From an uncultured Actinomycetota bacterium (GTDB taxonomy: Bacteria; Actinomycetota; Actinomycetes; Actinomycetales; CAVURS01), in NCBI GenBank assembly GCA_963795385.1, contig CAWCHK010000003.1, positions 198,717 to 262,716 on the forward strand: a stretch of DNA of 64,000 nt. The letters run 5' to 3'. Below the pieces are notes generated by a model that saw nothing but the letters and a program-made list of their open reading frames with translations, did no database searches and was not told the origin of the DNA. Made by a program: the position numbers and the translations under genes. Positions 26,472 to 37,405 of the stretch are shown in pieces. Every line of letters starts with the position of its first letter. The stretch's first letter is position 1.

Positions 26472-27490
26472 ATGACCACGACCGAGCCACGCGCTGCGCT
26501 GGACGCGCAGCACGGTCGGCTCCGGCACCGGGGCCGGCGGGCTCAGGGCGGACAGCGGGCACAGCGCTGCCAGCGAGGCCAGCCAGGTCGGCGGCCGGTC
26601 CGCGCTGCTCGGCCGCGTCTCGGCGTACGTCGCCCTGACCAAGCCGCGAATCATCGAGCTGCTGCTCGTGACGACCCTGCCGGTGATGTTCCTGGCCGCC
26701 CGGGGGCTGCCCGACCTCTGGCTCGTCGTCGCGACACTGACCGGCGGGACGCTGGCCGCGGGGAGCGCCAATGCGCTCAACTGCTACTTCGACCGCGACA
26801 TCGACGAGCGGATGCGCCGGACCCGTCGGCGCCCGCTCCCGGCCCATCAGGTCTCACCGCACGCGGCGCTGGTGTTCGGCGGTGCGCTCGGCGTCCTGGC
26901 CACGGCCTGGCTGGGCCTCACCGTCAACTGGCTCTCGGCCGCTGCTGGCCCTGGGCGCCAATGCGTTCTACGTCCTCGTCTACACGATGTGGCTCAAGCG
27001 GCGGACCTGGCAGAACACCGTCTGGGGCGGCATCGCCGGCTGCTTCCCCACCCTGATCGGCTGGACCGCCGTGACCGACCGGCTGGCCTGGGCGCCGTTC
27101 GTGCTGTTCGGCGTGGTGTTCCTGTGGACCCCGCCGCACACCTGGGCCCTGGCGATGCGCTATCGCGAGGACTACGCCGCCGCAGGCGTGCCGATGCTGC
27201 CCGTGGTCGCACCGGAGAAGGCCGTGGCCAACCAGATCGCGGCGTACACGTGGGCCACGGTGGCCTGCTCGATGCTGCTCTGGCCGGTTGCCCACACCGG
27301 CCTGGTCTACCCGGTGGTCGCGACGCTCGCCGGGGTCGCGATCCTCGTCCAGGCCCACCAGCTCAAGGCTCGCGCCGACCGTGGCGTCACGGGCGCGCTG
27401 CTCAAGCCGATGCAGCTCTTCCACGGCACGAACCTCTATCTCACCGTGCTGTTCGTGGCGGTCGCGGTCGACGCCCTCGTCCACGGGTAG
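26472..27490 (+). pseudogene. ctaB: Protoheme IX farnesyltransferase (heme O synthase), about 2 indels as assembled
   Basis: [22 protein letters not shown]...[21 protein letters not shown] is in the 26668 frame. That frame has no canonical start back to the stop at 26470; the ATG at 26472 is in another frame. [21 protein letters not shown]...[10 protein letters not shown] follows in the 26771 frame, with the shift near 26940. Confidence 0.85.
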
Positions 27491-27492
27491 AG

Positions 27493-27537
27493 CCTGAATC
27501 AGGTCTGACTCAGTCGTCGGACTCAGCCTGACTCAGG
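27493..27537. terminator. Palindrome-rich element / possible bidirectional terminator between convergent ctaB and ctaA
   Basis: CCTGAaTCAGG (27493-27503), CTGAcTCAG (27505-27513) and CCTGAcTCAGG (27527-27537). The left and right halves can pair into an imperfect hairpin of about 16 bp. The element fills the 42-nt gap between the two stop codons. Confidence 0.4.
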
Positions 27538-28417
27538 TCTGAGCCCGCGCGCGCAGGGACAGCAGGCAGCGGGTCATCGCGACGACGAGCAGCGACGCGC
27601 CCAGCATGTGCAGCCCCACCAGGACCGAGGGCAGCCCGGTGAAGTACTGCGTGTAGCCGATCACTCCCTGCGCAACGGTCAGTGCCCCGAGGGCCACTGC
27701 GGCGCGACGGGCCGGGCGGGGCGCGTCGACCAGCCGCAGCCCCAGCAGCAGGGCGACCAGCAGGCCGGTGAAGACCAGCACCAGGTCCGAGTGCAGCCAG
27801 CTCACCAGCCGCAGGTCCAGCCCGAAGCGGGGCGGGTCGTCGGCGTCGCCCGAGTGCGGCCCGGTGCCCGTGACGACGGTCCCGACGACCAGGACGCCGG
27901 CCAGCAGCACGGCGGCCAGCCGGCTCAGCAGGACCAACTCGCGCCGGACCAGCGGCTGCGCCCCGCCGTCGCCCTCGCCGAAGCGCACCAGCAGCACTGT
28001 CGACACCGTGACCAGAACCATCGAGAGCAGGAAGTGCGCCATGACGGTGCCCGGGTTGAGCCCGGTCCGGACCGTGATCGCCCCCAGCACCGCCTGCACC
28101 AGGGTCAGCGCGAGGGGCAGCACCGCCAGGGCGCGCAGCGAGCGCCGTCCCCAGCGCAGCACGGCCACGGCGGTCAGCAGGGCGACGAGCACCACGAGCG
28201 TCGTCAGCATGCGGTTGCCGAACTCGATCGCCCGGTGGATGCTCACGTGCTGGTCGGCGAACGGCGTCACCCGCCCCGGCGTGCACTCCGGCGCCGTGGT
28301 GCAGCCCAGGCCCGAGCCGGTCAGCCGGACGACGCCCCCGGTGACGACGATCCCCACCTGGACGACGACGTTCGCGACGAGCAGCCGGCGGATCGCGGTC
28401 GGGCTGATCGTCGGCAT
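27533..28417 (-). CDS. ctaA: Heme A synthase (COX15/CtaA family)
   Basis: Multi-pass membrane protein. VVRLTGSGLGCTTAPEC and conserved His residues (HRAIEFGNR, MAHFLLS, GTGPHSGD, WLHS, LHML). Start at MPTISPT (ATG 28417). Confidence 0.85.
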   Translation of the reverse strand: MPTISPTAIRRLLVANVVVQVGIVVTGGVVRLTGSGLGCTTAPECTPGRVTPFADQHVSIHRAIEFGNRMLTTLVVLVALLTAVAVLRWGRRSLRALAVLPLALTLVQAVLGAITVRTGLNPGTVMAHFLLSMVLVTVSTVLLVRFGEGDGGAQPLVRRELVLLSRLAAVLLAGVLVVGTVVTGTGPHSGDADDPPRFGLDLRLVSWLHSDLVLVFTGLLVALLLGLRLVDAPRPARRAAVALGALTVAQGVIGYTQYFTGLPSVLVGLHMLGASLLVVAMTRCLLSLRARAQT

Positions 28418-28443
28418 CGGGCCCAGGGTACGAAGCACTGCGG

Positions 28444-29214
28444 TCAGCTCCACCGGAAGGTGCGGCTGACCAGCCCCGCGGCCGCGGCCAGCCAGACGAG
28501 GAGCACTACCAGCGCGCCGGCATCCAGCCGCCCGTGCTGCAGCGCCGCCCGCAGTCCGGCGCCGAGCGCACCGGAGGGGAGGTAGCCGGCGAGCTGGTCC
28601 AGCGGCGCCGGCATGACCCGAGCCGGTACGACGACGGCCGACCCGCCGAGCATGAGCACCCACACGAGGTTCGCCGCGGCGAGGACGGCCTCGGCCCGCA
28701 GCAGACCGGCCAGCAGCAGGGCGAGCGCCACGAAGGCGGCCGCCCCGACGAGCAGGAAGGCGAGGGCCGGCACCAGCCCCAGCAGGTGCGGCCGCCAGCC
28801 CAGCCCGAGGCCGAGCGCGCCCAGCAGCACGACCTGCACGGCGAGCACGGACAGGGCCGCGACGGCCTTCGCGGCCAGCAGGCCGGACCGGCCGAGCGGC
28901 GTGCTGCCCAGCATCCGGAGCACGCCGTACCGCCGGTCGAAGCCGGTCTGGATCGCCTGCCCGGTGAACGCGGACGAGATCAGGGCCAGGGCCAGGACCC
29001 CCGGTGTGACGACGTCGACCCGCCGGGCCGGCCCGAGGTCGGGCGAGTGGGCCTGGACCAGGCCGATCAGCACGAGTGCGGGCAGCACGACCGCGACGAG
29101 CAGCTGCTCGCCGTTGCGCAGGAGCACGCGGACCTCGCCGGCGGCCTGGGCCAGCACGCGCTGGCGGGGAGCGGCAGCGCCCGGCGCCGGGGTCAGGTCG
29201 AGCGAGGCGCTCAT
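28444..29214 (-). CDS. ABC-2 type transporter permease
   Basis: 256-aa ORF with six hydrophobic segments. Its start overlaps the stop of the upstream ATPase gene by 4 nt. Same arrangement as Rv1457c/Rv1458c next to ctaA. Confidence 0.8.
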   Translation of the reverse strand: MSASLDLTPAPGAAAPRQRVLAQAAGEVRVLLRNGEQLLVAVVLPALVLIGLVQAHSPDLGPARRVDVVTPGVLALALISSAFTGQAIQTGFDRRYGVLRMLGSTPLGRSGLLAAKAVAALSVLAVQVVLLGALGLGLGWRPHLLGLVPALAFLLVGAAAFVALALLLAGLLRAEAVLAAANLVWVLMLGGSAVVVPARVMPAPLDQLAGYLPSGALGAGLRAALQHGRLDAGALVVLLVWLAAAAGLVSRTFRWS

Positions 29215-29933
29215 GAGATGGCCCGCCCGGTGAGGTCGAGGTAGACGTCCTCGAGGCTGCGGCCGGCGGTGACCAGCTCGGCCGGGCTGCCACTGGCCAC
29301 CAGGCGGCCGTGGGCCAGGATCGCCACCTGGTCGGCCAGCCGCTCGGCCTCATCCATCGCGTGCGTCGTCAGCACGACGCTCGTCCCGGCGTCCCGCGCC
29401 TCGCGCACCAGCTCCCACACGGCGAGCCGGGCCTGCGGGTCCAGCCCGGCGCTCGGCTCGTCCAGGAAGACGAGCTCCGGCCGGCCGACGAGAGCCAGGG
29501 CGAGCGCGAGCCGCTGCCGCTGGCCGCCGCTCAGCCGCCGGACCGCTGTGGTCGCGTAGGCCGTGATGCCGAGCCGCTCGGCCAGGACGTCCACGTCGTG
29601 CGGAGCGGCGTAGAACCGCGACACCTGCCGCAGCAGCGACAGCGGCCGGCCGCCAGTGGGCAGCCCGCCATCCTGGAGCATCACGCCGACCCGGGAGCGC
29701 AGCTCCGCGCCGTCCCGGCCCGGGTCCCGCCCGAGCACGCGCACCGAGCCCGCGTCCTGGCTGCGCAGGCCCTCGCAGATCTCGACGGTCGTGGTCTTGC
29801 CCGCGCCGTTCGGGCCCAGGATCGCGGTGATCTGCCCCGCGCCGGCCGTCAGGTCGAGGCCGTCGACGGCCCGGGTGTCGGCGTACGCCTTGACGAGTCC
29901 GTGCACGTCGAGGCACAGGTCGCGGGCAGGCAC
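29211..29933 (-). CDS. ABC transporter ATP-binding protein
   Basis: GPNGAGKTT, LSGGQRQRLALA, LVFLDEPSAGLD. Confidence 0.9.
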   Translation of the reverse strand: MPARDLCLDVHGLVKAYADTRAVDGLDLTAGAGQITAILGPNGAGKTTTVEICEGLRSQDAGSVRVLGRDPGRDGAELRSRVGVMLQDGGLPTGGRPLSLLRQVSRFYAAPHDVDVLAERLGITAYATTAVRRLSGGQRQRLALALALVGRPELVFLDEPSAGLDPQARLAVWELVREARDAGTSVVLTTHAMDEAERLADQVAILAHGRLVASGSPAELVTAGRSLEDVYLDLTGRAIS

Positions 29934-30029
29934 GCGGTGAGTCTAGGTCGGCCGTCACCGGGGTCGGTCGCGTGACGGCCCGGCCCCGGAGCCAGCAGAC
30001 TGGGCGCAGTCGATGTCGCGGGAGGAGCA

Positions 30030-30560
30030 GTGGTGACCGGTCGAGCTGGCGCGCGGTCGAAGGGCCCCGCGCCGACCCGTTCCGGCCTGGCCGCGCTGGC
30101 GGTGGCCGCCCTCCTGCTGTCCGGCTGTGGGTTCCAGCGCGGGGGCCCGGCCCGCTCGGCGAGCGACGTCGTACCGGACCCGATGACCGCGCTGGCCGAG
30201 GTCTCGCTCAGCCCCGACCTGCCGCTGGAGCCGAGCGCCCACTCCGAGGACGTCCGGCTGCCCTGGGCCCTGCTGGGCACGGCCGACGGGGGCCGCGCCC
30301 TCTCGATCCAGTACGTCAAGGGCGACGGCAGCTGCGTCATCTTCACCGGGGCCACGGTCGAGGAGACCGACCAGCTCGTGGTGGTCACGGTGCTGGCCCG
30401 GCGGACCAAGGCGACCGGCTGCCCGTCCCGCGTGCTGACGGGCACGGGGGACGTCGAGCTGGACAAGCGGCTCGGCGGCCGGCAGCTGTTCCACGGCCCG
30501 GTCGACAACGCCTGGCGAGCCTCGGCGCCGAAGGGGCCGGCCCCGATCCCGGAGGGCTAG
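30030..30560 (+). CDS. Hypothetical lipoprotein
   Basis: Signal peptide with lipobox LLLSGC-G. High GC3 in this frame. No recognisable domain. Confidence 0.6.
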   Translation: MVTGRAGARSKGPAPTRSGLAALAVAALLLSGCGFQRGGPARSASDVVPDPMTALAEVSLSPDLPLEPSAHSEDVRLPWALLGTADGGRALSIQYVKGDGSCVIFTGATVEETDQLVVVTVLARRTKATGCPSRVLTGTGDVELDKRLGGRQLFHGPVDNAWRASAPKGPAPIPEG

Positions 30561-30627
30561 CGCCTGCCGAGGTGCGGGTTAGGTCACCCTTTCTTGCAGT
30601 CCTGAGGAATTACGTCACACTGGTGTT

Positions 30628-31431
30628 GTGAATTTCCCCGCCCTGTCCGTGCAGCCGAGGGAGCCCCGCGCGCCGGGCCTCCCGACGGCTCCGGCGGTGG
30701 CGACATCCGCACCCATACCGGCCGGCGACGACTCCACGCGGGACCGCGTCGCCCGGGCCGTCTCCGAGCTGGGACCGGTCACCACGAGCGACCTCGCCGA
30801 GCGGCTCGGCCTGACCGCGGCCGCCGTGCGCCGCCACCTCGACATCCTCGAGACCGAGCAGCTGGTCCGCACCCGGGACTCCGCCCCGGTCGCGCGGCGC
30901 GGTCGCGGTCGTCCGGCCCGGGCCTACGTCCTGACCGACGCCGGTCACGCGGCCCTCTCCTCGGCGTACGACGACCTGGCGGCCTCGGCGCTGCGCTTCC
31001 TCGCCGACGAGATCGGGCCCGACGCCGTGGAGCGGTTCGCCGAGTCCCGGGTCCAGGAGCTCGAGGCGCGCTACGCGCCGATGGTCGAGGCGGCCGGCAG
31101 TGACATGGCGGCCCGCACCGACGCCCTGGCCGTGGCCCTGTCGGCCGACGGCTACGCCGCGAGCGCCCGCCCGATGGGCGCCGGCACCCAGCTGTGCCAG
31201 GGGCACTGCCCCGTGCAGCACGTGGCTGCGGCGTTCCCGCAGCTGTGCGAGGCCGAGGCCGAGGTCTTCGCCCGGCTGCTCGGCGGGCATGTTCAGCGGC
31301 TCGCGACGCTTGCCCATGGTGAGCACGTCTGCACGACCTACGTCCCGACCGGGGCCCAGGCCCCATCCAGTCTCTCGACCCATCAACCGCAGGAAGAAAC
31401 TGCCGGAAAGGACAGCGATGACCACCGCTGA
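30628..31431 (+). CDS. sufR: SUF-operon transcriptional repressor SufR (winged HTH plus Cys-rich sensor domain)
   Basis: [31 protein letters not shown], then C-terminal cysteines CQGHCPVQH...LCEAE...HVC. Located immediately upstream of sufB and overlapping it. The start is uncertain. Confidence 0.8.
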   Translation: MNFPALSVQPREPRAPGLPTAPAVATSAPIPAGDDSTRDRVARAVSELGPVTTSDLAERLGLTAAAVRRHLDILETEQLVRTRDSAPVARRGRGRPARAYVLTDAGHAALSSAYDDLAASALRFLADEIGPDAVERFAESRVQELEARYAPMVEAAGSDMAARTDALAVALSADGYAASARPMGAGTQLCQGHCPVQHVAAAFPQLCEAEAEVFARLLGGHVQRLATLAHGEHVCTTYVPTGAQAPSSLSTHQPQEETAGKDSDDHR

Positions 31432-32842
31432 CATCGAGGCCAGGAACCCGCAGCTCCAGGGGATCGGCACGTACGAGTACGGCTGGGCCGACTCCGACGT
31501 GGCGGGCACCAACGCGCGCCGCGGCCTGTCCGAGGAGGTCGTCCGCGACATCTCGAGCCGCAAGAACGAGCCCGAGTGGATGCTCAAGAACCGGCTCAAG
31601 GGCCTGCGGCTCTTCGGCAAGAAGCCGATGCCCGCGTGGGGCTCGGACCTGTCCGGCATCGACTTCGACAACATCAAGTACTTCGTGAAGTCGACCGAGA
31701 AGCAGGCGGCCACCTGGGACGACCTGCCGGCCGACATCAAGAACACCTACGACCGGCTGGGCATCCCCGAGGCGGAGAAGCAGCGCCTCGTCTCCGGCGT
31801 CGCGGCGCAGTACGAGTCCGAGGTCGTCTACCACCAGATCCGCGAGGACCTGGAGCAGCAGGGCGTGATCTTCCTCGACACCGACAGCGGGCTGCGCGAG
31901 CACCCGGAGCTGTTCGAGGAGTACTTCGGCTCGGTGATCCCGGTGGGGGACAACAAGTTCGCCGCCCTGAACACCGCCGTGTGGTCCGGCGGGTCGTTCA
32001 TCTACGTGCCGCCGGGCGTGCACGTCGACATCCCGCTGCAGGCCTACTTCCGGATCAACACCGAGAACATGGGCCAGTTCGAGCGGACCCTGATCATCGC
32101 CGACGAGGGCTCCTACGTGCACTACGTCGAGGGCTGCACGGCGCCGATCTACTCCAGCGACTCGCTGCACTCGGCCGTCGTCGAGATCATCGTGAAGAAG
32201 AACGCCCGGGTGCGCTACACGACCATCCAGAACTGGTCCAACAACGTGTACAACCTGGTCACCAAGCGGGCGACCGCTGGCGAGGGCGCGACCATGGAGT
32301 GGGTCGACGGCAACATCGGCTCCAAGGTCACCATGAAGTACCCCGCGATCTTCCTGCTCGGTGAGCACGCCAAGGGCGAGACGTTGTCGATCGCCTTCGC
32401 CGGCGAGGGCCAGCACCAGGACGCCGGAGCCAAGATGGTGCACGCCGCTCCGCACACGTCGTCCTCGATCGTGTCGAAGTCGGTGGCGCGTGGCGGTGGC
32501 CGGACGTCCTACCGCGGGCTCGTGCAGGTCCTCGAGGGCGCCCACCACAGCGCCTCGACGGTCCGCTGCGACGCGCTGCTCGTCGACCAGATCAGCCGCT
32601 CGGACACCTACCCGTACGTCGACGTCCGCGAGGACGACGTGTCCATGGGCCACGAGGCCACGGTGTCGAAGGTCTCCGAGGACCAGCTCTTCTACCTGAT
32701 GTCGCGCGGGCTGACCGAGGAGGAGGCCATGGCGATGATCGTCCGTGGCTTCATCGAGCCGATCGCCCGTGAGCTGCCGATGGAGTACGCCCTCGAGCTC
32801 AACCGGCTGATCGAGCTGCAGATGGAAGGGGCCGTGGGTTGA
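31418..32842 (+). CDS. sufB: Fe-S cluster assembly protein SufB
   Basis: [13 protein letters not shown]...[15 protein letters not shown]...HYVEGCTAP...[17 protein letters not shown]. Start at MTTADIE (ATG 31418). Confidence 0.95.
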   Translation: MTTADIEARNPQLQGIGTYEYGWADSDVAGTNARRGLSEEVVRDISSRKNEPEWMLKNRLKGLRLFGKKPMPAWGSDLSGIDFDNIKYFVKSTEKQAATWDDLPADIKNTYDRLGIPEAEKQRLVSGVAAQYESEVVYHQIREDLEQQGVIFLDTDSGLREHPELFEEYFGSVIPVGDNKFAALNTAVWSGGSFIYVPPGVHVDIPLQAYFRINTENMGQFERTLIIADEGSYVHYVEGCTAPIYSSDSLHSAVVEIIVKKNARVRYTTIQNWSNNVYNLVTKRATAGEGATMEWVDGNIGSKVTMKYPAIFLLGEHAKGETLSIAFAGEGQHQDAGAKMVHAAPHTSSSIVSKSVARGGGRTSYRGLVQVLEGAHHSASTVRCDALLVDQISRSDTYPYVDVREDDVSMGHEATVSKVSEDQLFYLMSRGLTEEEAMAMIVRGFIEPIARELPMEYALELNRLIELQMEGAVG

Positions 32843-34056
32843 GCCTGGATGTCGGCCCGTCCCAACCGATGGCCAAACCCCATTCGCACGGCCCCGGCTC
32901 GCCGGTGCCGCAGTCGTCCCGCGGCGAGCGGCCCACGTCGTACGACGTCGCAGACTTCGCCGTCCTGACCGGTCGTGAGGAGGACTGGCGGTTCACGCCG
33001 CTGGACCGGGTCCGCGGGTTGCACGACGGCAGCGCCGTGGCCGGCGCCGGCGTCGTGGTCGAGGTGGACGCAGCCGAGCAGGCCGTGATCGAGACGGTCG
33101 GCCGCGACGACGAGCGGATCGGCCGCACGGGCAAGCCCGGCGATCGCGTTGCGGCGCAGGCCTGGTCGTCGTTCGAGCAGGCCACCATCGTGACCTTCCC
33201 CAAGGAGACCGTCGCCCGGCGCCCGACCTACGTCACGATCACCGGCCAGGGCAAGGAGGGCGCGGCGTACGCGCATCTCGTGGTCGACGCGCAGCCGTTC
33301 TCGACCGGCGTCGTCGTCCTCGACCACCGGGGGAGCGCGACGCTCGCCGACAACGTCGAGCTGCTCGTGGGCGACAGCGCGAACCTGACCGTCGTCAGCC
33401 TGGCCGACTGGGACGACGACACGGTGCACCTGTCGTCCCACCAGGCCCGGATCGGCCGCGACGCGATGCTCAAGCACGTCGTGGTGACGCTGGGCGGCGA
33501 CGTCGTGCGGATCACCCCGTCGGCGGCCTTCGCCGGCCCCGGCGGCGACGTCGAGATGATCGGCATGTACTTCGCCGACAGCGGCCAGTACCAGGAGCAC
33601 CGGCTCTTCGTGGACCACGCGCAGGCGAACTGCCGCAGCCGGGTCACCTACAAGGGCGCCCTCCAGGGCGAGTCGGCCCACACCGTCTGGGTCGGCGACG
33701 TGCTGATCCGGGCCGAGGCCGAGGGCACCGACACCTACGAGCTCAACCGCAACCTGATCCTGACCGACGGCGCCCGCGCCGACTCGGTGCCGAACCTCGA
33801 GATCGAGACCGGCGAGATCACCGGGGCCGGTCACGCGTCGGCCACCGGGCGCTTCGACGACGAGCAGCTGTTCTACCTGCAGGCCCGCGGTATCCCCGAG
33901 GACGAGGCCCGCCGGCTGGTCGTCCGCGGCTTCTTCGTCGAGCTGGTGCAGCAGATCGGTGTCCCCGAGCTGCAGGAGCGGCTGCTCCGCGAGATCGAGG
34001 AGGAGCTCGAGACCTCCATGGGCGCGCCCTCGCTGCTGCAGGAGGCGGCCCAGTGA
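32839..34056 (+). CDS. sufD: Fe-S cluster assembly protein SufD
   Basis: Follows sufB with a 4-nt overlap. C-terminal [20 protein letters not shown] is typical of SufD. Confidence 0.9.
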   Translation: MSLDVGPSQPMAKPHSHGPGSPVPQSSRGERPTSYDVADFAVLTGREEDWRFTPLDRVRGLHDGSAVAGAGVVVEVDAAEQAVIETVGRDDERIGRTGKPGDRVAAQAWSSFEQATIVTFPKETVARRPTYVTITGQGKEGAAYAHLVVDAQPFSTGVVVLDHRGSATLADNVELLVGDSANLTVVSLADWDDDTVHLSSHQARIGRDAMLKHVVVTLGGDVVRITPSAAFAGPGGDVEMIGMYFADSGQYQEHRLFVDHAQANCRSRVTYKGALQGESAHTVWVGDVLIRAEAEGTDTYELNRNLILTDGARADSVPNLEIETGEITGAGHASATGRFDDEQLFYLQARGIPEDEARRLVVRGFFVELVQQIGVPELQERLLREIEEELETSMGAPSLLQEAAQ

Positions 34057-34424
34057 GCTTCGAGCCTGCACTCCGCCTCGACGCGCTGCCGGAGGTGGGC
34101 GCGGTCGCGGTGGACCTCGGCGGTCACGTCGTCGCGGTCGTCCGGGACGAGGACGGCGACATCCATGCCGTCGACGACACCTGCTCGCACGCCAACGTCT
34201 CGCTGGCCGAGGGCGAGGTCGACGGCTGCACGCTCGAGTGCTGGCTGCACGGCTCGCGCTTCGACCTGCGCACCGGCAAGCCCACCTCCCTGCCGGCCAT
34301 CCGCCCGATCGCCGTCTACCCCGTCCGGATCGATGCCGGCACCGTCCTCGTCGATGTGGACTCGCCTCTGACCGAGGCTGAACTGCTCGAAGCCAATTCC
34401 GTTCATGCTGTGAAGGAGCACTGA
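34053..34424 (+). CDS. Rieske-type [2Fe-2S] ferredoxin embedded in the suf operon
   Basis: CSHANVSL...CWLHGSRFDLRTGK. 4-nt overlap with sufD. The same insertion is known in Streptomyces-type suf operons. Confidence 0.85.
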   Translation: MSFEPALRLDALPEVGAVAVDLGGHVVAVVRDEDGDIHAVDDTCSHANVSLAEGEVDGCTLECWLHGSRFDLRTGKPTSLPAIRPIAVYPVRIDAGTVLVDVDSPLTEAELLEANSVHAVKEH

Positions 34425-34430
34425 AAGCGC

Positions 34431-36546
<2,116 letters not shown>

Positions 36547-36547
36547 C

Positions 36548-37063
36548 GTGGACCTCTACGCCGAGCTGATCCTGGACCACGCCAAGAGCCCGCACCACGA
36601 GGGTCTGCGCGCGCCGTACGACGTCGAGGTCCGCCAGGTGAACCCGGTCTGCGGCGACGAGGTCACCCTGCGGGTGCAGCTGGCCGGCGACGGCGCCGAG
36701 GCGGTGGTCCAAGACGTGTCGTACGACGCCCAGGGCTGCGCCATCAGCAAGGCCTCGACCTCGGTCCTCACCGACCTGGTGATCGGCCGCCCGGTCAGCG
36801 CGGCGGTCAGCACCGGGGAAGCGATCCGGGAGATGGTCCGTTCCCGCGACGGGAGCGAGCCCGACGAGGACGTGCTGGGTGACGCGGTGGCCCTGCAGGG
36901 CGTCGCGAAGTACCCGGCCCGGGTCAAGTGCGCGCTGCTCGGCTGGACCGCCCTGACCGAGGCGCTGCTGCTCAGCGGCGCTCTCGCCCACGAGCCAGAA
37001 CCGTTGCCGGAGCCAGAACCGTTGCCGGAGCCAGAACCGTTGCCGGAGAAGGAGCACGCATGA
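36548..37063 (+). CDS. sufU: Fe-S scaffold / sulfur-transfer protein SufU (NifU-like) with a repeat-bearing C-terminal extension
   Basis: LILDHAKSPHH, NPVCGDEV, DAQGCAIS, RVKCALL. The C-terminus is ...HEPEPLPEPEPLPEPEPLPEKEHA. Confidence 0.9.
   Translation: MDLYAELILDHAKSPHHEGLRAPYDVEVRQVNPVCGDEVTLRVQLAGDGAEAVVQDVSYDAQGCAISKASTSVLTDLVIGRPVSAAVSTGEAIREMVRSRDGSEPDEDVLGDAVALQGVAKYPARVKCALLGWTALTEALLLSGALAHEPEPLPEPEPLPEPEPLPEKEHA
36992..37045 (+). repeat. Perfect 18-bp tandem repeat, three copies (gagccagaaccgttgccg), inside the sufU 3' end
   Basis: Three identical in-frame units (EPEPLP x3) at 36992-37009, 37010-37027 and 37028-37045. They use A/T-ending codons (cca, gaa, ttg) that are rare elsewhere in this window. 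Confidence 0.95.
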
Positions 37064-37385
37064 CCGAGACATCCACCCCCCGAACGTCGCGGACCTCGAG
37101 GAGGCGCTGCGGGACGTCGTCGACCCCGAGCTAGGCATCAACGTGGTCGACCTCGGGCTCATCTACGGCATCACGATCGACCAGAACGCCCACGCCGTCA
37201 TCGACATGACCCTGACCAGCGCGGCCTGCCCGCTGACCGACGTCATCGAGGACCAGACCGCGCAGGCGCTGGACGGGCTGGTCACCGGCCACCGGATCAA
37301 CTGGGTCTGGATGCCGCCGTGGGGCCCGGACAAGATCACCGACGACGGCCGGGAGCAGCTCCGGGCGCTCGGCTTCAACGTCTGA
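37060..37385 (+). pseudogene. sufT: Fe-S assembly factor SufT (DUF59/MIP18 family), 1-nt frameshift in a C6 run as assembled
   Basis: ATG 37060 (RBS GAGAAGGAG) gives MTETSTP and then goes out of frame at cccccc (37076-37081). The downstream frame reads NVADLEEALRDVVDPELGINVVDLGLIYGI...TSAACPL...MPPWGPDKITDDGREQL. One extra C would restore an ORF of about 109 aa. Confidence 0.8.
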
Positions 37386-37405
37386 GCGTCACCCGCGTCG
37401 TCGAG

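Noticed and set aside
27533-29353. N-terminal extensions suggested by the ORF track for ctaA (606 aa), pmbA (848 aa, 52570-55116), the FAD oxidoreductase (574 aa, 25123-26847), the DinB-like gene (359 aa, 2697-3776) and uvrA (from 3493).
   Set aside because: The extensions overlap neighbouring, well-supported genes or the uvrA promoter motif, and they are low-complexity. Conserved N-termini and overlap-coupled starts (for example GTGA at 53952-53955, ATG 28417, ATG 26349, ATG 3455) give normal-length proteins.
30593-30630. A SufR operator or promoter in the low-GC stretch upstream of sufR (cacacTGgtgtt-type partial palindrome).
   Set aside because: The inverted repeat is short and imperfect, it overlaps the putative GTG start, and I could not match it confidently to a described SufR box. 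It is too weak to annotate.
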